Below are positions 1-12,940 of a stretch of 64,000 nt of DNA, piece by piece. Both the position numbers and the translations under genes were made by a program. The DNA lies in the NCBI GenBank assembly GCA_001179505.1, contig CDMY01000255.1, positions 550,570 to 614,569 of the forward strand, given 5' to 3'. How positions within the stretch are numbered: position 1 is the stretch's first letter; the number at the start of each line of letters is the position of its first letter. The notes under the pieces were generated by a model, which had not been told where the DNA came from, ran no database searches, and saw nothing but the letters and a program-made list of their open reading frames with translations. The stretch comes from Vitrella brassicaformis CCMP3155 (taxonomy: Eukaryota > Protista > Chromerida).

Positions 1-45
1 AGATGTGACTGGTGTGTGTGTGTATGTGTGTGTGTGTGTCTGCAG

Positions 46-1762
46 CTCTCCGTGGCTTTGGCTTCAGTTCGCGTGTCTGGCGCTGTTTGTGCTGGAGGTG
101 GCCTTCAAGGTGGCGGTGCTGGGGCGAAAGTTCTTCCGCAATGTCTACAACTGGATCGACTTATTTGTCCTGCTCATCACTATTGTGCCATGGTATAGGA
201 GGGAGGGAGGGAGGGAGGGAGGGAGGGAGGATGGGACAGACCACACCACACCACACCACAGCCATGCCACGTGCCTTCAACGTCTGTCTGTCTGTGTCCC
301 TCTTTCTTCAGGGTGATGTCGCTCATCCTTTCAAAAGACTATGGCCCCGGCAGCAACGCCGAGATGGCCTGGCGCAAGCTGCTCATCCTGCGGATCGTGC
401 GCCTCTTCGCCATCACCAAGGCACTCAGACGATGGCCCATCTTCAGAGAGCTATGGTCAGTCTCGCCTCCATCACCATCACACACACACACACACAGAGA
501 GAGACACACACACAGGCCTACCGACACATTTGGCCACTAACTCCTGTGTGTATGTCATTTATATGGGTTTTTTGCAGGATGTTGACCACCGGGGTGACAT
601 ACTCGATCAAGACGCTCATCTGGGGCCTGGCCCTCACCTTTGTGCTGCTCTTCGTCTTCGCCGTCTTCGCCACGAGCATGATCGGCTTCAGCACTGACTT
701 CATCCCCACCGATGCAGAGAAGGGATACTTCAACAACGAGGACAGGCCCTACTGCCCCGACACCGACGACGAGATCGCTTGCTACAGCGCAGAGGCCAAA
801 CGGGAAGTGCGGGTGAGTTGAGTCCCTCCTCCCCCCGTCGATGACCTCCTCACATCGCCTTGTGTGTGTGTGGTGGGTTGCAGGAGAGCTGGGGCACGGT
901 GACGCAGAGTATGGCGACGCTCTTCCAGATCATGACGCTTGACGACTGGATGCAGGAGATAGGGCCGGTCCTGGAGGAGCAGCCCGGCATGCTCCTCTTC
1001 TTCATCGCCTTCATCGCCGTCTCCGTCTTCGCCCTCACCAACCTCATCACGGCCGTCCTGGTGGAGAGCGCCATGCAGGTGTCGCGCGAAGACGAGAAGC
1101 AGAAGGAGTACGAGGCAGCCAAGGAGGTGCAAAAGCTGAAGAAGCTGCTGGTGCGAGTGCTATGCCCCGAGAGCTCCGTGCAGAAGCAGGACAAGGACAA
1201 GGACAAGCCCAACACGCGGCTGGTCATCCCATCCCTCCAAGACGCCGCGACGTCGCCCACCACGGCTGAGAAGGCGGGCGGCGCGGGAGCGGCAAGCAAG
1301 ACGGGGACGGTCAAGGCAGTCATGCTGTCGGTGGGGCACTTCCTGAACCCTTTGCGCAAGCGGCGGCCGATGGACAGCGCACAGACGGTGATGCGCATGG
1401 CGACTAAACATGATGCGTCGTTCCGGAAGGAGCAGCTCATGGAGGTCATCGACAGACCTGAGATCAAGGTCCGGACGCTTGTGATCAAGGGTGGATGGAT
1501 GGATGGATGGAGGGGCACACTCACCCTGGGTGTGTGTGTGTGTGTGTTGTGGTTGTGTTTATCAGCGCTTGATGAAGATCTATGACGTGGAGGAGTCTGA
1601 TCTGCTGGGTCTGTGCGACCTGCTGACCATGGACGAGATGAACAATGGCACTGGAAGTCCCGAGATCATGGTCGAGGACTTTATAGTCGGCACACAGAAG
1701 CTCCGGGTATGTCCGATGAATGCACACCTGTGACAGACACGCAATGCTTTGGGCTCTCCTGC

Positions 1763-1799
<37 letters not shown>

Positions 1800-2405
1800 G
1801 GTCAAGCAAAGAGCAAGGATCTGTTTGAGCTGCGCACACGGCTGTCAGCCATGGAGCGGAACCAGCTCAACCTCATGGAAGAGATGGCTCGCCTGCGATC
1901 CACACTCAGGTCGGTAAAAGGCAACACACACACGCAGACACTCTCTCACCCACACAGACAGGCAGGCAGAGAAGACAAGACACCTTACTTACCTCGCTCA
2001 CCTCTTGCTTGCACCAGGGGCGGCTCCACGGCCTCTCTCGACGACAAGCTCGGCCCCTCTCTCCGCGTCTACAATCCATACGCCACACGATCCACCCTCG
2101 GCTCCGCAGAAGGGGGCACGCCACTCGCAACCACCGGACAGACAACCGCCACCGACTCGCCCATCGACACCCAGCGGCAGCTCGACGCGCGCAGCCCCAA
2201 CAGCATCAGCGTCCCATCTGGCCTTGGCGCGCCGCAGCAGGCGAAGGGCCTGGTTCGGCGTAGGAGCTTACGCCGTCGGCTGTTCAGTGCTGTGGTGGGT
2301 CCGCGTTTCTCGCTGCGGCGGCCGGTGGCCCCCCACAACCACCATGAAGAGATGGACGAGGGGGTGGCCGAGGACAGCATACGGGCCAGAATGTCTGACG
2401 TGTGA
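46..2405 (+). CDS. Single-domain voltage-gated cation channel (Ion_trans, 6TM; EukCat/CatSper/BacNav-like), 5' end outside the window
   Basis: Spliced exons approx 46-192, 312-455, 578-812, 884-1468, 1566-1706, 1800-1909, 2018-2405, all with GT-AG boundaries. Contains S2-S3 'VLGRKFFRNVYNWIDLFV', S4 'LLILRIVRLFAITKALRR', pore 'TLFQIMTLDDW', S6 'LTNLITAVLVES' and a degenerate EF-hand-like C-terminal segment. Confidence 0.9.
198..230. repeat. (GGGA)n intronic microsatellite
   Basis: Tandem ggga units read directly in the first intron of the channel gene. Confidence 0.9.
1767..1797. repeat. (TG)n microsatellite before a splice acceptor, representative of dozens in the window
   Basis: About 15 TG units followed by ag at 1798-1799. 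TG tracts precede many acceptors in this window. Confidence 0.9.
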
Positions 2406-3591
2406 TGGAGTGTGGTGCTAACTTAGGGCAGGGAGGGAGGGTGGTTGGTTGGTTGGTCTTTTGTGAGTGAGGGAGGTAGCAGGTGTGTATGTGGGTATGT
2501 GTGCTGCATGTGTTGTGGGTTGGTTCATGCAATGCCGCTGCGGCGGTTGTGGTGTTTCATCATCCTATCCTGTTTTTGCCCATGAATTTTCCTGTCACGT
2601 CCGTTTTTAGTGCCGCACAAGCCTTGTGCGGTGCGAACTCACTGCATCCACCCGGCCGTGGTGTCATGTCATGTCTTGTTGTGCTGCGTTGTGCTGTGTC
2701 TGTCGTGTTGTGCCTGCCTGCCTGTGTTGTGTCTTTCATTAATCCATCCCTTTTCTTGTTTTGCGTGCGTGCGTGCCGTCATGATTCGATTCGCATCACA
2801 TACATACATACATGTGCGTTGCATACGTGTGGTTTTGTACACAGACTGTGCGTGGCGGCCTTTTTCTGTGTTTGTTTTCCCCGTGTGCTATGCGTCCTTT
2901 GAGAGCGCCTCACACGAGTTTTTCGTGTGCGTGTCGGTCCACCACTTGGTGACTCACGTACTGCGCGTTGCGTTGGGATGGGATGGGATATGGGCGCAGT
3001 GCACCCATCACCTGCATCACCACCTGGTGTTTCTCGCTCACGCCAACCGTGTCTGGTATGTTGCCAACTGCCTTCCTGATTGCAAACGTGTCCATGTCCG
3101 TGTCCGTGTCGGGTTGTCTGTCTTTATATAGGCTTTAGTGTGCGCATACCACTGTGGACATGCAGACGTGCGTGCCTACCTACCGCCTACCGTATCTATC
3201 GCTCCCTCTCTCCATCCCTCCCTCCCTCCCTCCCTCCCTCTCTCCCTCTCTCCCTCCCTGACGTCCTGGGGATTTTCGTGTGCGTGTGGGGTCGAGTGCG
3301 TCCAATGGTTGGATGGATGGATGGATCAGTGAATGGATGAGTTTATTGGTTGGTTCTTGTTTAACCAGACGAGCTGACAGAGTTCCCAGAGAGAGTATAT
3401 GAGTTACGAACCCGCGATGACTTAACGTAGGGTGGACAAGAAACGACGCAGACCAGACCAGCCCAGCAGCAGCAACAGCCGCACACAGCCATACACACTT
3501 CAGCTCAGCGCAGCGAAACAGAAAAAGACCAGAAACCAACCAGATCAGATGATGACCCTCCCCCCCATCTCGCCCCGTCTCTCTCAATGGT

Positions 3592-6500
3592 TCATGCCCT
3601 CGCTGCCCTCGGTTTTTTGGCGTACTGCATACCGCACAGCGGGCTGCACAGGTTGGCCTGCGACGGCTCCATCACCAGCACTCTCCCACTCCCGCCCTCT
3701 TTCGCCCCGGATGAGGAGGAGCACAGGTAAGAAGAGACACAGCAGCTGTTGGTGGTGGCTGGCTGTAGCTGTGGCCGAGCTACTGTGAGCGGCTGTCTCG
3801 GCGACACGAGTGGGGTGTATATGTGTGTGGCCGTGGCCGTGGCTGTGGCTGTGGCTGGCGGAATGGGAGCTTGTGCAGCACTCGGTTGTGCTTGTCTCGC
3901 AGGTGGTGCTTGTGCTGTGACTGGTGGGAGTTTATCCTTGTTCTTGACTTGGGGGGGCCCGACGGTGGCGTCGCGGTAAATAGGCCGCGACTCAACCACA
4001 ATGTACTCGTTAACCACCTCGCCTGACACACACACACAGAGACAACAATCCCTTCCTTCGGCTATCCAACTTCTGAGCAGGCGTACCTATGACATCTCTG
4101 TCCCCCTCTCTCGGCGCCCAGCAGCACGACCGCCCCACCCCGCCCCTCGCCAACACCATCGGTGTCTCGCCAACAGGCCTTCCCGTTGGCCACGGCGAGG
4201 GCGGCGCCGATGCCGATGCACCCAGACGACACGGCATCATGCAGATCGTCGGCACCTTGGGCGGAGTCTGCAGCGCACGGGCGCCCCTCGGAGTGATGGA
4301 TTGCGGCGTGGCCAGGAGGGACGAGCGTGGCGACTGCGACTCTTCGGGGATCGGACTGAGGCACGGCCTCGGCTGCTGTTGCGGGAGCGGGGGCGGCAGT
4401 GTTTGCCGCGTGGGAGACACGTCCGTCTGTGTGGCGTGGTCCACCTGAGGCTTGGTGAGGATCCTCGACAGCCACTCGGGTGTGCGTGCGCGTCCGACCG
4501 TGGCGCCCAGCTTGGTCTTGACTGGAGGTGCTGCTGGAAATGTGTTGCGTCGCTTGATGTCGCGGGCGAATGGGAAGCTGACCCATGAAGATGGGTGCCT
4601 CGGCGAGACGCTCATGTTGAGCTGCACAGGCAGCCTGGAACGCCGTTCGGTCTTGCTGCCTGGCGACGGGGGCGGCAGCATCGACACACCCGAGTCGTTG
4701 AGGGCCTTGTTGCGCTGTGATGCGTCCTCGTCCGGCGACGTGTAGAGGCTAAGACGCGAGTAGGGCGTGCCGATGCCGCGGTAGACGTCTCCCGCCTCGC
4801 TGGGCGGGCGGGACACGCGAGGGCGGCGACGGTCGGCTGACGCCTTCCATCGCTGCAGCTCCTCCACGAGGCGCTGGTTGTCTCGCTTCAGCACATCTGA
4901 ATGACGCACAGACACAGACACGTGCAATCCACATATATGTGGCCTGCCATCTGCACCCACCGACCCATTCTCGCGGTGAGAGCGTCCATTTCCTCGTCGA
5001 TCCCCCGTCGCGGCTCCATGGGCGTTCCGACAGGCGTTGGATGACTTCTGCTTGACCAGGCCGACATGCTCGACAGCAGCTGCAATTGCTGCGGCGCCTC
5101 GAGCGGCGACTGAGGGCCCTGCACCATGATGATGGGCGACCACCCCATGGCCAGAGGAGACGGTGCCATCAGTCGCAGACCTTGGGACGGGGGGAGGCGG
5201 CCAGGGGCAGTGAGTGGGCGGCCTGGTGTTGAGGGAGCTGGCGCACTCTGGGCTCCACCTGGTGGCTTGCCGACCGACGGGGGTGGATGGAGCTCGCTGG
5301 GAGTGTGGACACTGTAAGGGGATCCGTCACCGCGGAGATATGGGGTGCCACTGGGGCTGATCGGGGCTGCGTGCACCGCACACCACCGCCACACAAACAA
5401 ACAGATAGATGACCACCACGCCAGTGTGTCTGTGTGGATGTGTGTACCTCTCGCGAGTTCGTCTGCGAGCGAGATTCGAGCATGGACAGGGCCAGTCTGC
5501 ATCATAGCTGCAGCAACGGCATAGAAAAGGGGTATGTCACAGTCACAAGCAGCCAGCGAGCTCGGGGAATGATGGAGTGTCGAGTTTTCGCTCACAGTTT
5601 GGCTGGGAGGGTCGAGGGTGGTACAGTCGGACTTTGAGCGACGCCACCTGCTGCTTGGCCTCATTGTAGTGGGCCTGCAGGTGCTGCATCGACTCCATCA
5701 TACGCTCATGCAGACGAGACACCTCCCTGCACACACAGACACACAGACACACAGACAAGGGATTGGAATCGGGCGGCTAGACAAGTATGTGCACCTTCTG
5801 ACCTTTGCTTGTCTTCCTGCGCTTCAAAAAGATCATTCTGCAGCTCGTGGATGCGCTGACGCAAAGCGTCATTCTCCTGCAGCAGCTCTGGCAACCAGAC
5901 AGCACAGCACAGCACACATGTGTTGATTCAGAAGCATGCAGTCCACTGACAGACGCCCACCTTGCATCTTCCTTTGGAGGGTGCGGATGTGGTCGTCTTT
6001 CTCGATCTGGGCCGCCTCGGCCGTGAGAGCCACCCGCTGCGACTGCTCCATTGCCAGCAACTGCTCTGCCTCCATGTAACGCGCATAGATGTGCTGTAGT
6101 CACACACACACACACATACAAATTGGTGACATTGTCGGTTGCGAGGTCTGTCCTTGCTGTGACGATGCATGCGTACATCGATGTCCTTTTGCAGCTTCTC
6201 GAGGTGTGCGATGGAGGCCCTGCGCGACTTGTCGACGCGGAACTCCTCCGCTGCCAACACGTTCTGCAGCTGAACCCGCAACTGTTTGCACCAATCACAC
6301 ACAGGTGACACGAACAGACGGACATGCACTATTTCGTGGCGCACTGCAGCTGACCCCTTCTATGTCGTCTTTGGCCTTTTGTGCCGTTGCCCGCTTCTCT
6401 GTCTCGGCGCTGGCCAGCTCCTCTTCCAACTGCATCATGGCTGCACTCACAGAAGGAGCCACAAAACAGCGACAGATATAGAGAGAGGAGGAGGGAGGAA

Positions 6501-7627
6501 CAGAGGCCTTTCCGTGCCATGCGTACCATTGATGAGCTCTTCTCGCTGCCTGCGGTAGTGCTCCGCTTCTGCATACAGCCTACAGCCACCAAACACAGAC
6601 ACACAGAGACATGAGACTGTGGCGCGAGTGGAAGAGGGTGTCAAGCAAGGGGTGGGTGAGCCACCTTTGGTTCTCTGCATCTGTATCGGCCATTGCGCTT
6701 TCGATGTCCTTCCGTCGCTCGTCAAACTCCCGCTGCTGCTCGTCGAACTTATCCTGCAGACAGGCCAGGCGGGACAGAGTATTGTGTGTGTATGTATCAA
6801 TCGCACCCACTCACTCACTCACTCACTCAGCCGCATTCATTGTACATCAATAATTGTCTCGTGTGAATGAACAACGAATCAGTCAACCAATCAATCTCAC
6901 CCTTAATGCCCCATACTCCGACTTCAAAATCCTGCGAGGCACGGCGTACAGTCATTCATAACGCTCCCGTCACTCACTCCTCGCCCTCTCACCTATATGT
7001 CTGCTTAGGGTCTGTTGTCTCCAAGAAGCGATCAGCTCCCTCAGACAACATCGGTGACGCACCCAGTGACGACACACCACCCACCGACCTTCCCTCTATC
7101 TCCTGGGTCATATTGAAGCCACCCGGCCGAGACCCCTCCGACTCCCCCATGCTGCTGGGCCGCTTTTCAGGCAGCCCGTCGTTGGCTTGAGGCTGCCCCT
7201 CACTCATCTGAGATGCGGGGCTGCGGGCCCCCAGCGCTTGCGAGGCCTTGACAGTGCTCCGGTCCGCCGCGAGTGTGCGCGTGACGTTGCGATTGGCTGA
7301 GGGGCTGCTGGCGGCGCTCGATGCACGTTTGGGAGCGGGGGGATCCGCCGGACCTGCACGGGAAAGGCAGAAGGGTGGATGCTGGCACGTGTGACTGGCA
7401 TGGCGTCCATCCAGTGTTTTCTGGCGTACCCGGCTGCCCCCTTGCTTCCATGGTTGCGGACGGGGTCCTGGTTACAGAAACAATTTCAAACAAACAACCA
7501 CAGGAGGGGCGGTTGTCTTCCTGTTTCCCTGCCTTTCTTTTGCTCCTCACCTCCCTCCCGAGTTACGGCGGCGGCCGAGCACCCCAGAGGCTGGCCCTCT
7601 CTTGGGGCTCATCGAAGAAGCCTTCAT
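3592..7627 (-). CDS. Multi-exon coiled-coil protein with Ser/Pro-rich low-complexity termini, function unknown
   Basis: Phase-consistent splicing from MKASSMSPKR (ATG 7627) through ...RILKSEYGALR|DKFDEQQREF...|RLYAEAEHYRRQREEL|...ELLQENDALRQRIHEL|EVSRLHERMMESMQHL. Heptad-rich E/Q/K/R exons. The 3' end is approximate. Confidence 0.75.
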
Positions 7628-7796
7628 TCCGATGGATGGACGACTCTGTACAGGTGGCAAAGTTGCCTCTCTTGGTTTCCAGCACTCGACGCACCGTGCT
7701 GGGGGTCGAAAACAGCGTCTTCTCGGTGGAAGGGACCAAATGCGGTTGTGGAGTCTCTCCTGATGATGCTTTGAAAAAGCTCGAGGGTGGGCGAAA

Positions 7797-7868
7797 GCCC
7801 GTATGGCCAAGCGGTAAGGCGTCGCACTTGTAATGCGAAGATCGTGAGTTCGATCCTCACTGTGGGCT
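7797..7868 (+). tRNA. trnT-UGU: tRNA-Thr (anticodon UGU), intronless
   Basis: Cloverleaf: acceptor GCCCGTA/TGTGGGC, D-arm GCC-AAGCGGTAA-GGC, anticodon stem TCGCA/TGCGA with loop CTTGTAA, T-arm GTGAG-TTCGATC-CTCAC. A T-run follows downstream. Confidence 0.95.
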
Positions 7869-8047
7869 GGTTTGCCTCTTGGGATATTTTGTAGTTCGAA
7901 GTCATTTTCGGAGGGCGTATCCACCCCTGTTGCCACCCATTTGGGCTGCCGACGCCTCCACGGGGGAAAAAAGGAGAAGGGGAGAGAGGGGAGAGAAAAA
8001 GCGCGCATCGCCCCCACCTGCCCCCAGCCTCAATCGCGATTCTCCGG

Positions 8048-11000
8048 ATGCCTGCGATACGGCGGAAGTTCCGCTTTCTTTTGCGGCGCCTGCTGAACCT
8101 CGACACAGTCATACAGACCACTGGTGTCTTTTGGCGCCGCCTCTTTCCGGCCTACCTCGCCTTATTGCTCGATATCATTTCCACATGGCTCATCCAGGTG
8201 AATGCCAGCGTTTTGTACCGTGGCGGCACGATTCATCTTCGGTCTGTGTCACTGGTCACTGCAGGGCATCGGTCCGTTCTTCATTCCCGAGTTGGGTGGG
8301 GACCCCGCATATTGGCTGCCAATCATGCAGGTGAGCGACAGCCGCACCATGGAGGCACCTCACCTGGTGGAGATCGGCGTTTTGATTTGCAGAGTGTTCT
8401 GTTCGCTGCCACGATGGTGGGGATGAATGTGAATGGCGTCCTGGTGGATGTGCTCCCGCCTTATGCCCTGGTGCAAATAAGCGTCCTGGGAACGTCCATA
8501 TCCGTGGCGGTAGCAGGCGTCGTCACCCAGCCGTGGATGTTTGTCGCCACAGCAGGTGCAGTGCATGCCTTATTCCTTCCTGTGCTGGCATTACATGCAC
8601 ATCCACGGAAGTGCCAGATATTTGTCTGCGTGTGTTTGTTGTGTGTGGCGTGGATAGCCTTGGTTGGGGCTACTGCCTGCACGGATCCTGTGGTGGGTGC
8701 GATGGTCTTTGAAGCGATACCCGACTTCCATATGGACGGACTCACGAGTGTTCTCAGGGCCCAATTCATCACATACAAAGTGAATAACACGCAGTCGAGA
8801 ACCTCAGCGTGATGATGAGACATGCGCTTGTTGTGCATGCATGTCCTCTCCAGTCAGTCACCAAAGGGATGGGCTTCATCCTCGGCCCTCTGCTCGCTAT
8901 CCTCATCTCGCCCTTCATCGGTGTGTCGATTGAACCTGTCTTGCTACTGCATGAACGCTGTCCGGTTGTCATGTGTCCTACAGGCTATTCGCTGACGTTT
9001 TTCAGCGTCGCAGGCCTTGGTGGCGTGCTTTTCATCCTGCTGGCCGGCTACAGGCTTGCCGGAAAGCACCCATCAGTCGACCAAATCGTCCAGGCTTTGT
9101 AAGCAGCGAAATACCCACCCCTGTACCGTCGCGAGCGCTACCTGAGCCTGTCTCCTTCGTTTCTATGAATGGGCAGTGCGGCTCTGGTTCGGTCTGGCAC
9201 AACGGAGGTCGATGAAGACGAGGAAGAGCAGGACGACGATGAGGGCAGCAATCCCAGCATCGACGTGGCCGCCAGCTATCAGCACACGCTCTCAAACGCA
9301 ATGGAATCCTTCCCCACTTCGCGAAAGAAGAGAAAACCCAGGGCGAGCAAAGGAAATGCACGCGCCATTTCAGCACAAACTCACCTGGCTGACCGATTTG
9401 TCTGTCATGCAGTCGCAGGGCGGGACGAAGTTTGCCAAGGCCGTCCGCATGGCCATCTTCGCCGACCCCTTTCTCTCGCACGCCATCCAGCGGTCCAAGA
9501 CACTTAAGCGGCCGTCGATTCAGCGACTGACACCAGCAGAGGAGGCACTCCCTCCCGCAGAGAGACGGTGGCTCAAGATACGGAAGAACCTCAGGTACAT
9601 CGCCGACCTCGATGTGGAGGGCAACCGCTCCCGCCATTCCTTCGACCTCTTCAGTCGGGTCAAGAGCAAGACAACGTCCTTCACCACCAGCAGGGCCGAC
9701 AGCAAGCGCAAAGCCCGCGTCAAGATGATGGACTCAGACCTCGAGGATGCCACGCCCATTGCGACATCCTTTTCGACGCAGGCCCTGCTGCTCGGTCAAC
9801 CGGAGGCCGACAAAGAGGCGGCGGCGCCCATGGGCCGCGACCAGATCAAGTGGCTGCGAAGCGCAGCGTTGCTGTCCGAGATGCCCTCGTCGCACCAGCT
9901 ATCAGACATCATCTCTCGTCGCGTCTCCGAGCACCTCCGAGATGGAGATGCAATGGAGGCGTCTCCGGAGCCGCCCAGCTACAAGGTCTACAATCTCGAC
10001 ATAGAAGACGATGTCGACCACAATCAGGACCAGGCCGCCTCGCCACTCATGATGTCTGCCGAAGACGTCGAAAACCCGCAGGAGACGATAAGCTCTGCTG
10101 TCCGGCCCTCATCGTCCACGTCCCCCACCACCAAGACAAAGCCATCCTGGTTCTGGCGTGGCCACAAAAGGGACACCCGCCGGCCGGAAGAGCCTAGTGG
10201 GCCTCCTACGCATCCGCATCGACATCGCGAGAGGCGCGGCTCGCATGCTGGGAGCGCGGGCAGCACCGGCAGCTCAAAAATATCCCGCCGGCCGAGTCTG
10301 GCCACGAGTGTCATCATGACAGTGGGAGACGTGCAGTACTTGGTGAATACGCTCATGGCTGAGGAGGCCGCACCCTTTGAGGAGAAGCTGAGACGCGAAA
10401 GAGAGCACGCTGATCGCACTCATGCCGCAGCTGTGGAGGCTCGCAAGGCACCTGTGGCAAGGCAGCAGGAGGCTCCGAGAGCAGACGAAAAAGCGGAGAC
10501 GGCAGAGAGTGCCGCGCAGCGGCTTGTGTCTCGTGGTGAGAGCGCCGCCAGTGCCGCCAACCGAAGTGTCTTGACCGAGTCAGAACTGCGGGAGCTGATG
10601 CAGCAAACGTCGCCCTTTCATCTGACACCACCCAGAAGCAGCAGCGCATCATCGGCTGATAACGGCGACCAGCCACCACCAGAGAAGATACCCACAAAGG
10701 ACTTCTTCGCCGACATTGTTATTCAGGGCGGCGACACGACCTCTGCATCGGCCTACCCGCCATTCACTCCATCCTTTGCGCCACGTGAAGCGATACACGG
10801 TGCTGCGCCGGGAGAGGACAGCGCTGAAGCGCCCAGGCCAGCTGCTGGCCCGTGTTTGAGTCTGAGTGACGACACGCAACGGCTCTCAAGTACAGTGGTG
10901 TCTCCTACAAGCATCAAGCCGAAGAAAAACCTCGCATTCGACGAACAGGGCAGCGGCGATGTGGTGAACCTCACCTTGTCCGAAGAGTCCAAGGAAGCCA

Positions 11001-12399
11001 AAGGGCCCAACATTCAGATCCCCGCTTCTCCCAATGGAGTGTCACCCCATCTCTCGCCCGCTTCCCCCACCTCGCCCCATGCACATGAAGACGGGTCATC
11101 GGCTGTGTCGTCGTCGGCGGCAGAATCGAGCACGGCGAAGAAGCCGTCGAAGGTCAAGGCCTTAGTCCGTGCTGGTCTGGTGATCGTAGCGTTTGCCCTG
11201 GGTGTGGCGCCCTACCATGCGTGCGTGGGCAATTTTCCTCTGGTGGCCATCAAACGCTTTGGATATGACTTTAATGCGACCAACGCCACGCTGTTGGGAT
11301 ACACGACCGCGCAATTCATCGGCTTTGTGTAAGGCGGAGAGCCGAGCATCTTGTCCAAACGGTGCACGCCTCCTTTGTTGGTTTGTTGCAGCACCGTTCC
11401 CCGTTTCTTGATGCCGCATCTCGGTCCCTGGGCTGCAACCTTGGTGTAATACCAATGACAGACACACGTGCAAGTATCCTACTTACATTTGTGGATGGCC
11501 ACTAAGTACTTCATTAGTGGCATTGGCCTTACCCCCGTCTCCCTGGCTCTCCTTTGTGTGTGTGTTCAGCTGTTTTCTGGGCCTCACTGTCATCGGTGCG
11601 TTCAACCTGCACACAGAGACACAAGCACTCCCTTGAGTAGCGGCTTCTTTGTGTGTGCAGCTTTCTACTTTCCTGACGTGTCGTCGCGGACGATGTTTCA
11701 CGTTGTCATGCAAGTGCTGCTCCCCTTCTTTGGATCGCTCATGGAGCCAGGAATCACACGTACGCACCGCAACACACACGTACACAGAGAAGTGCACCTA
11801 TGATGGATCTGCATTTCTGCAGTGTTGCTCACGAGTTTTGGGACTGGTCGCACGGGGCTGGTGCTCGCCCTGCTGGTCACGGCAGGGATGGGGGGGAAGT
11901 CACTCGCGTCATTCATATCAGGTACTAACTTGTCTGTCTGAGACAGCAAAAGAAACGCTTGCTGCCTTGATTTCGTCCTCTAGGTCTGTACTTTGCCAAG
12001 AGGACGTCTCTTTCTCTCTTTGGCGTCTCCCCTCCTCTGTGGATCGAAGACTATGGCTACAGCCGCCTGCCCTTTTACATCACCACAGCCACAGGCGTCG
12101 TCGCTATACTGTGCATCCTGCTCACCATCGACCTACAGCACTATGCCAAGGTGCGCAAGCAGCGGCAGCTCATAACGCAGCGCACCAGGTCGAGGCTCAG
12201 GTCAGCGGAGAAGCGTCGTAAGATGCGGTCGCGGCGGCTGAGGCGGGGCCCCGCCTTCCACGACGAGGAGAAGAAGGAGCTGGATGAGTGTCTAACCGAG
12301 TTGGATAAGGGTGCGCTCGCTGTCATCAGCGACAGCGTCCGATCTCTCGGGAAGCTGCTCGAGCTGTCGCGGAGAAAACAACACGTGGCGCAGAAATGA
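8048..12399 (+). CDS. MFS-like transporter with a very large cytoplasmic loop between the two TM halves
   Basis: N-half hydrophobic exons include a motif-A-like 'GVLVDVLPPY' and 'GMGFILGPLLAILIS'. One large hydrophilic exon at ~9415-11329. C-half TM segments ('VIVAFALGVAPYHACVGNFPLVAIKRFG...', 'VLLPFFGSLMEP') and a basic coiled-coil tail ending KQHVAQK*. Confidence 0.7.
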
Positions 12400-12940
12400 G
12401 CTGGTATGTATTCTGTTCTGTGTGCGTGTGACTTTTTCGTCGATCGCATGCTATCTTGTGTCGATACGTGTGGACAGCATTCACGTGCATGCCTACACGT
12501 TTTTCTCCCACTCCGTTCCCCACGGCACACGTGCTCGACTGCATGCACCCCTTTCATGTGCCTGTCTGCCTGTGTCACCGCATTTACTACATGTATGACT
12601 GTGTGCCAATCGCCCAACGGAGCCTGCAGCGAGGGGTTGGCGGTGCAAAGCTCAGCTCTGAGCTCTGGACCACCACCCTCAGCCTAATTCGGTATTAGGG
12701 TACATGCACGAGAGTACATGCGTGCAAGTCATTTCATGACGGATTCATGGTGCAATGCTGTTCTTCCTGTGGTTCTGCCGCCTCCATGATCTGACTGAAC
12801 TTCAATCAACTCAGTTGCATGAATTGACCACTTCATGAATCGGTCACTTGTGTGTCCATGCGCCAGTCATCACACAGCCGACCATCAATCTCTCTCTCCT
12901 CTGTCTGTCTGTCTGTCCGTCTGTCTGTGTCTCTTCACAT

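Noticed and set aside
2613-2631. 19-bp near-palindrome ccgcacaag-c-cttgtgcgg in the convergent intergenic region
   Set aside because: A single short palindrome with a 1-nt loop is expected occasionally by chance. No supporting context.
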